Below, piece after piece: positions 56,124 through 64,000 of a stretch of DNA of 64,000 bases. This DNA is from Eledone cirrhosa (taxonomy: Eukaryota). The notes beneath the pieces were generated by a model. That model was given only the letters and a program-made list of their open reading frames with translations. It was not told the DNA's origin and made no database searches. Position 1 is the stretch's first letter; every line of letters starts with the position of its first letter. The position numbers were made by a program, and so were the translations under genes. Location: contig OZ024745.1 of NCBI GenBank assembly GCA_964016885.1, positions 71,424,001-71,488,000 on the forward strand, given 5' to 3'.

Positions 56124-57057
56124 TTTATCTCTTTCTCTTAATTTCGAGTATATTTTTTTGGACCGGCCACCTTCCTGGTGGCAAGGTTGTAAAAGAAAAG
56201 AAATTGTCATCCCTTGAATCGCAAGAATGTTTTGCAAATTTTGAAGGTGCCAGCTATCGCAACCATTTGCAGACTATGAATTCGGGAGCTGCGCTCTTTG
56301 TCCGCAAATCCAAGTTCAGTCATACTTTGGTCCAAGCGGGTTGGTATATAACCCGTAGCTCCAATAATGATGGGTAGGAAGCTAAAGGTGTATCTTGGAT
56401 ACTGGATTTGTAAACTCCTCATCAATGGTCCGTAGATGTCCTCCTTCTCCTGTATTTTTCTGACAACGTTTACATCAAGTGGGCAGCTGATCTCCACAAC
56501 AGAACACGTTTTCAATGTGTGGTCCCAAACAACAATATCAGGCCGGTTGTGCTTTAATTTGGTGGCAATTTTTATTTTCAGGTTCCACCAGTATTCCTTA
56601 GTGCCATCTGTCTCAATATATTCTTCCTCGTTTGTTATTAATTTTGTTTTCCGAAGTGCGTTCCAGATGGTTCTAGCTATCTCATCGTGTCTCATGGGAG
56701 GTAGTAGCGAGATGACATTCTTTCGCAGCTGGCAACAATGTGGCTTACATCCTCGATCTTTGTTTTACATAGCCTACATTTATTGTCAGCTGATGGCCCT
56801 CCCCTTTTGTGCAGCAGATATTTGGTAGGGAGTTCTTGTTCCTGTATTGCATAGAGATATCCCTCAAGGTGTGATGTCATAAACTTGTCGGAACTCCATG
56901 CCAGGCTTTTTGAGTGGTTTATCCCCTCTATGGTCTGTGTTTTACGTTTCAAGTATCCATGCACAACTTTTTCTATAAATTGGTCAATTTTTTCATCTTG
57001 TTTGAACATTGAATAGGATCTTCCGATTTCTCTGGGTGAGAGATTTATATCAGGCTT
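56124..57057 (-). mobile_element. Divergent second subfamily of R4/Dong-clade retrotransposon, 5'-truncated (copy D)
   Basis: AIQEQ, CRLC..EDVSHIVASC, RHD, RPDI..VEISCP and IIIGATG across frameshifted ORFs 56692-57057 and 56207-56695. Different 3' UTR. (TATG)n on both sides. Confidence 0.9.
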
Positions 57058-57157
57058 TATGTATGTATGTATGTATGTATGTATGTATGTATGTATGTAT
57101 GTATGTATGTATGTATGCATGGATGTATGTATGTATGTATGTATGTATGTATGTATG
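57058..57157. repeat. (TATG)n microsatellite between copies D and E
   Basis: Direct reading. Confidence 0.95.
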
Positions 57158-60100
57158 TTCTTCTGGTTTTATAATTTCACAAATGTTTGCCAATAGAGAG
57201 AGAGTCGTTTTCTAACATAGTTACAAGACTCTCTCATTGGAATTTACACAACATCAACTAGGTAGATATGTCTGCATGCCTGCATGCATGTGTAGATATG
57301 GATGTTATTGTATGTGTGGATGTGGATGTTTTGAGTTGTATGTGTGTATGTGTATATGCTTAGTATCTGTACATGTATATATATGCAGTTATTAGATGCA
57401 ACATTTTTGGAATGTTTTACATATTTTTACTTTTCCATTAATAGATTGTACTTGTAATTTCCTAACTAGTTGTGTTCTTTCTGTTCCTATGAAGCCAGGC
57501 TTCTCAAGATTTGTATTGGGGCAGTTACTAACATACCCCAGTGCCCCAATAATCACAGGCATAAATCTGAAGGTGTAATCAGGGTGGAGTATCTGCAGAT
57601 TTCTCATCAGTTCTGCATAAATATTCTCCTTTTCGCTAATCTTTGATATTATATTGGCATCTGCTGGGCAGCTAATTTCCACTACTGTGCATGCTTTCTT
57701 TTCCCTGTCCGATATCATAATATCTGGTCTGTTATGCCTGCATTTTATTTGGGTTTTTACTGGAACATTCCACCAGTACTCTTTCATATTATGTATATGT
57801 ATGTCTTCCACATTGCTGTAGCTTTTAATGTGTTTATTATCGGGGCTATCTTTTCTACGGATTGCATTATACAGTGTTTTGGCCACTACATCATGCCTCA
57901 TAAGTAGATAGTACCGCGATGACATCTTTGGGCAGCTGCTGGTGACATGGGTGACATCTTCGATGTTAATTCTGCAGAGTCTGCACTTGTTATTACATCT
58001 AGGTGTTTTGCCTGCATCCTTATCTCTTTTCTAAATCAGGTATTTCGTGTTAATTTCCTGTTCTTGGATTGCAAAAGCGTATCCTTCAAAGTCGGGGCCA
58101 ATATAGCGGTTGTTGGTCCAAGTTAGACTACTTTCCTTATCTATATTACTCTCACTCTAGAGCTTCCTGGCAACATATCCATGCTTGATTTTTTGCTGAT
58201 AAGCATGCAGTTTTTCATCCATGAATTCACTGTGATACTGCTGAGCGACTTCTCTGGGTGTGAGTTTTTGATTATCACACAGGGAATATCTCTCGAGGAG
58301 TTCTTTCCTAACTCTCATGATCTTATCTGCTTCATGCAGATAGACTTGCACGAGAGACGGGCTCCTACGCTTCGAGGTTCGTAGATGTTGTCGGAGGGAT
58401 ATGAGGCGACATTCAAATGCTGTCTGGACTGATGTTAGGCCTCTGCCTCCCTGCTTACGTTTCAAGTAAAGGCGGTCTATGTCACTGTTGATGTGGAAGT
58501 TTCCGGTGTTGTTTAGTATTTTTCGAGTTCTAACATCAACTGCTCGGATTTCATCTATCGTCCAATTGAGTATTCCAAACGTTGGTGTTAGGACAGGCAC
58601 AGCAAACACATTGTGAGCTACTGTTTTGTTTTGCGCAGAGAGTTCCGATGACCATATCTTTCTTAATCGGATGTAGTATTCCCTGGTTAGGCGTTCCTTA
58701 TTACAGATACCATTATAGGATATGTTATCATCTATCCCCAGGTATCTGTAGCAGTCCTCATCAGATATCGGTGAAACAGTTCGGTCAAGATTTTTCTTCA
58801 TCCCATCTATGTTCTTGGCATAGAGTTTCAGATCATCCACAAAGAAATTATGGGTTAGGTTCATATTTCTGTCCTCCTGTGAGCCAACGATGTATCCTTC
58901 ACATTTCTTGAGCAGAAAGGATAAGGGGTTTAATGACAGGATGAATAATATCACAGAGAGACTGTCTCCCTGAAATATATCCCTGCGATATTTTATTTTA
59001 TCAGTGAAAATAGAGTCTTCCCTCTCTGTCTTTATCCTTAGGATAGTAGCCCAAGAAGAAGACAGCTTCTCTATGGCTCCGATAATAATGTCTGGGACTT
59101 TAGAAAGTTGGAGGTCCTCTATCATCCAAGAGTGGGGAACAGAATCGAAAGCTTTCCTGTAGTCCAGCCAAACCGTAGCCATATTCCTCCTAAGTTGTCC
59201 CACCTCCGACATCGCAGTTTTGTTGATTAGGAGTTGTTCAGCACATCCCCAAATCCCTTTCTTTCCAGCTGCTTGTTCATCTGTGATGATGTTATTATTT
59301 TCACAGTGATCTTGTAGGAATAGGTTCAGGCAGGCTGTATACATCTTATACATCAGGTTCTGGCATGCAATAGGTCGATAGTTTTTTGCCAAATGGGTGT
59401 CTTTGTTCTTTGGGACCAGTAATGTTTGTGCTAATGTCAACTATTCTGGTATAAGTGTATCTCCCTTAAGAACTTGTTGGTAGAGGTCAGTAAGATACCT
59501 CCGATAGAATATCAGTTTTTATTTTTGGACCAGTAACCGACAATCATGTCTCTTCCTGGTGTTTTCTTATCTTGGAGTTTTCCTATCACAGTCTCAAGGG
59601 TACCCTCACTTATTTCGTGTTTTTGTTGTAGTGTAGGAGCAATAGTTCTTTCGGATTTCTTTTAGCCACACTGCATCTTGGTTGAAATTCTTCTTTTCAC
59701 CCTATATTTTTCTCCAAAAGGAATCTGTGTCTTTCAGGGTCTTTCAGTGACACTTATTATTTGCCCTTCATATCTCTATAGACTGATGTTTGGTTTCGTC
59801 TGAATCTTTTATTAAGCACTTTTCTTTTATCTACCTTCTTTCATTAAGCACTTTTCTTTTATCTACCTTCTTCAAGTATCGGCGTTTTTCGTTAACAGCT
59901 CTCAATTCTTGTTTGAGGGTGATCAGTTTATATTGAAGAGTTCTGGTTCTAGTGTTACCAAACATCGTCTCTATTTTATTTTTCACTCTTTGTTGGTGGG
60001 GAGTGAGGTTTTTTGTGTTTGTTTGCATGTAAGGAGCATTGTCACATATCCTATGGTTTTTCGTAGGTCAGCAATCTTTTTTTCTATTTTAGTTATATAT

Positions 60101-61190
60101 GATGGTATTTTTGGTGGTGTTTTGTTTTTGTTAATATCTCTGCTATCACCAAGATAATGCTTCACTGCCGTTGCTAAGGCATATAAACAGGCGTTGATTT
60201 TCCAAAATGTTGGGGCTTTTATCCGTCATAAATATTCATCCCCTATTTCGGCAATAACACGTAATATTTCAGTATTTGGTTTTTTATTAAATATTGTTGT
60301 TTTAATACGTTCAGCAAGAGAGATATTTATACATGAATTAATTTCTCACTGGAAGATTTCGCTTAGGGAAATGTTCAATTGTTTATACTTTTGACTATTA
60401 TCATTATCGATAGTATTTTCCACAATAGTCGAGGTAGACTCGGATGGTACACGTGGTGTCAAATTTCTTCGATTATTATTATTATCGATATTGTTTTCTC
60501 CAGGATTCGAGGTAGACTTAGATGGTACACGTGGTGTCAAGTTTCTTACAGGCATAGTTGTTTCAAGGCACTGTTCGACCTGGCTGCTAGGAAGTTTAGT
60601 AGCATGGCGACCTGTAGCACCTGTTGTTGATCCCATGTTTGTTGTGGGGGACTTGCATTAATAATATTTATCTTATTTTTACGTTCAACAAACGTCGCTT
60701 GTTGGCGTAATTGTTTCGCTGTGAAGTGATTTAGCTCTGGGTGTATTTCGTCCCAGTGTAGCTTGATTCTGTTCATATAGCCAATGGAAGGATTGCTTTT
60801 TTGCCATTTTATAACAATTAAATAAATCATCATTAAGTTCGCAACTCCAAGAGAAATGCGATTTATAATTTCGGTTTCTTCTGTAGCTACAACTGAATAA
60901 ATTGTGTTTACCTTTCTCGTTGTTTTTCTTCGGTACTTTCTTAATGTTGTTGTTGTTGATGTTGTGTTCAGCCATGCTGTTTGTAGCAAATCCTTGTAAA
61001 ATGAATTATGTATTTAGTCGGATATCTCTACGAATTCGAATAAAAGGTGTCTTCAGTAAATATAGTTAGAAGAATAACCAGTTATTCAACATGACTGGTA
61101 GTTGTGGCATTACTGTCGGAGATAGTATTCATCTAAAATTTAATGAATAGTCTCCCACACCAAAATATGCAACTGATCGTGTTGACTGAC
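57158..61190 (-). mobile_element. Near full-length (~4.0 kb) R4/Dong-clade RLE non-LTR retrotransposon with disrupted ORF (copy E)
   Basis: N-terminal W..ELNDDLFNCY and GYMNRIKLHWDEIHP. RT at 58157-59440 (YRPIAC, WLDYRKAFDSVPHSW, FQGDSLS, FVDDLKLY, GGRGL). CRLC-H-C knuckle. RLE at 57392-57925. Contains stops and frameshifts. (TATG)n at both ends. Confidence 0.93.
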
Positions 61191-61258
61191 TATGTATGTA
61201 TGTATGTATGTATGTATGTATGTATGTATGTATGTATGTATGTATGTATGTATGTATG
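61191..61258. repeat. (TATG)n microsatellite at the 5' junction of copy E
   Basis: Direct reading. Confidence 0.95.
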
Positions 61259-61491
61259 CAATTATGGTACGCGGTCTAATAGTTAGGCTATTGGGCTTGC
61301 AATCGTAGTATGTTTGATTCCCAGTCTTGAAGAGGCGTTGCATCCTTCAGCAAGAGATTTCATTTCACATTAAACTATTCTGAAGAGTAGGCACGTACTT
61401 ACGTGACTAGGAAACTCCACGTAATGCTCTGGCCCGGAGTAGTAGTACCTGTTAGGGCTCCATTTATGGGTTAAATAACTACCTTATTCGA

Positions 61492-63847
61492 GTGGCGCCG
61501 GTAAGGTATTGCCAGCCATTGAAAAGAAATATGGATAGTCGATCTAACAGCACTAGGGTTAGAGCCCTTAATTACACTGTCAAGGAGCAGTCTGGTCGTT
61601 ATGACTCTGCTGGCTTAGAGCCACAGAGAGGGCCAGTGGATGATGGATCAGCTGTCTCTGAGACAAATATAAAGAATGCAGTTTTGTCCTGCAGAAGAGC
61701 CATCAAAATGGGCACTTTGAATGTGAAGACTATTCGGACGCTGGAGAAGAGAGAGGAGTTGGGACATCTGTTCGAGGAGAGGGGTATACAGATACTTGCG
61801 ATCCCAGAACACAGGATCCTACACGATGAGTCCGTGAGGAGTGTGATGATTGGGAAGAGGAGCCAGCTCATCACCACATCGGCAGTGAGGAATATGACCA
61901 ATGCTGCAGTGGGAGGAGTGGGTTTTGTTTTCAGCACAAAAACCAGTCTATTGGTGAGGGAAATAATGCCTGTCTCCCCACGAGTGTTGAGGGTGACCTT
62001 CAATGGAAACCCAAGACTGACAGTCATCTCAGCCTATAGTCTAACCGAGGGGGACAGTGGTGTGAGTGTGGAAGAGTTCCATGAGGAGGTGTGTAGAGCT
62101 GTCAACACCACTCAAGCACACAACATCCTGCTTGTTTTGGGGGACTTCAATGCACATCTGAGTAAGGAGGACAGTGAAGATCCTTGCTGGTACTTCCATA
62201 ACAACACCAACTGAAATGGAAGACTACTGAGAGACACCCTGCTGGGGGCGAACTTGATAGCGACCAACCTAAGGTTTAGGAAGAATCCGGGGAAGATGTG
62301 GACCTACATCTCAGATATGCACCTGTCCAAGTCCCAGATTGATTTCATTCTGGTGAGGAAAAAGTGGCGGAATAGTGTTCTGAACACAGAACCATACAAC
62401 TATTTCAGTACACTGGGTAGTGACCACCGGCTTGTTATGAGTGAGGTCCGGGTAAGCTTAAGAAAGAGCAAGGCTCAGCTCCGGAGAGCAATCTATGACT
62501 GGGGAACTTTCAAGGAAGATGATAAGCTACAGGAGAGGTTCACAGTGGAAGTGAGGAACAGGTTCAGTGCTCTGTGTGGAGAGACAGAGGAGAGAGAGAT
62601 TGGATAGACTGAGGAGAGTATGACGAGGTACGGGCACTTCACCAATGCAGTGGCGGAAGCAAGTGAAACCCAGGTGCCGAGGAAAAAGAACAAAAGGAAG
62701 CACGTCAGCTCCGCAAACCCAAAAGTGTGTGCAGCCAGAGAACACCTGAAAGCTGCCAAGGACCAATTCTATGCTGATCCTACGGAGGAGAGGATGGAGA
62801 CTGTGGAGGTGATGAGGGAAGAACTCTGTACCGCTTACACTGAGGCCAGAGAGGAGGCACTGATAGAGAAGATGAGAAGTGTGGAGAGATCGGTTGACAG
62901 ATCTGGATGTAAAGAGAGCTGGATGATCATCAACGAAATCACATGGAGGAAGAGGTGTTCGAGTCAGATCCAGGGAACGGGGCCCGAGGATAAGAAGAGG
63001 AAATGGCTAGACCATTTTAGGACCCTACTAGGAGAGCTACCCTCCACAGCCCAGAGCAATGGGGAGATCGGGCGGCTGTTTGAGGAACTGGATATTGGGA
63101 CAGAGCCCTTTACCAGAGAGGAGCTTCAGAGAGTCAAGAAGAGGATCAAGGAGGGCAAGGCTCATGGAGAAGCTGGAGTGGCATCAGAGGTGATGAAGAG
63201 GTGTGATTTTGATGATATCATCCTGGGGTTCTGTAACCGGGCACTGGAGAAAGGAGTTGCCCCGATTCAGTGGAGGATCAGTAACATCGTCCCAGTGCCA
63301 AAGAAGGGAGATCTCTCTAACACCAACAACTACAGGGGGATCTCACTGACGTCACTTGTGGCAAAGACCCTCAATAGGATGATTCTTAACAGGATCCAGC
63401 CTGAGATGGAGAAGAAGCTCAGGGACAACCAGAACGGCTTCAGAGAGGGAAGATCAACCACCAGTCACATCCTGATGCTGAGAAGGATATTAGAGGGAGC
63501 TAGAGCAAAGTGCCTTCCTGCGGTATTGGTTTTCATTGACTTTAGGAAGGCCTTTGATTCTGTGGACCGTCACTGCCTGATGAAGATCTTACAGGCTTAT
63601 GGAATCCTCAAGAAGATAGTGGACCTGATATCACTGCTCTACACCAACACCAAAGCCCAAGTCATTACATCTGATGGGATGACAGAGTTCTTTGAGATAC
63701 TGGTTGGAGTGCTCGAGGGAGATACATTGGCTCCCTACCTTTTTATCATCGTAGAGGACTATTGTATGCACCTTGCACTGGAGAAACACCATGACTCTGG
63801 CTTTGCTGTAGTACCGGCTCAGAGCAGGAGAGTTAATGCGAAAAAGG
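61492..63847 (+). mobile_element. RTE-clade LINE (APE endonuclease plus RT) with in-frame stops, interrupted before the catalytic xADD motif
   Basis: GTLNVKT, LGDFNA, IDFIL and SDHR endonuclease motifs. PKKGDLS..NYRGISL, QNGFR, FIDFRKAFDSV and GVLEGDTLAP RT motifs. Confidence 0.92.
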
Positions 63848-64000
63848 TGTAGTAACTATGGCGACAGCGTGTTGACTATAGCAACGCAGTGTCGCCACCT
63901 GTGGGTAACACAAAAAAATAGCGAATTACTTCCCTTATCTCGGCGTTCTCTAAAAGAAGAGACGCCAATGTAAAACTCAAGAGATTTGGTTTTCAATTCC
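63848..64000. mobile_element. Start of an unrelated insertion truncating the RTE element, possibly an LTR
   Basis: RT similarity ends abruptly. The new sequence starts TGTAGT, like the LTR at 7298, and runs off the window. Confidence 0.35.

Noticed and set aside
60976-61190. HDV-like ribozyme in the 5' UTR of the R4-like element
   Set aside because: The nested double pseudoknot could not be identified by eye. A covariance-model search would be needed.

Overview
AT-rich, repeat-dense animal genomic DNA. The SINE families and very high (TA)n/(CA)n/(CATA)n microsatellite load look like an octopus or other cephalopod genome (inference). There are no prokaryotic features. Most ORFs in the supplied track are microsatellite artefacts. 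The only convincing host gene is an intronless, kinase-domain-only NIMA/NEK-like Ser/Thr kinase (30674-31462, -). The rest is mobile DNA: a young non-autonomous LTR element (4542-7298), a mariner relic, hAT elements, a non-autonomous Helitron, RTE/CR1/CRE LINE pieces, many tRNA-type SINEs and a ~50-bp minisatellite. The most notable feature is five insertions of R4/Dong-clade RLE retrotransposons from two divergent subfamilies, one near full-length (~4 kb). Every 5' and 3' junction of these five abuts (CATA)n in the same orientation, suggesting site-specific targeting of a tetranucleotide microsatellite. All family assignments come from reading motifs by eye, without database searches.
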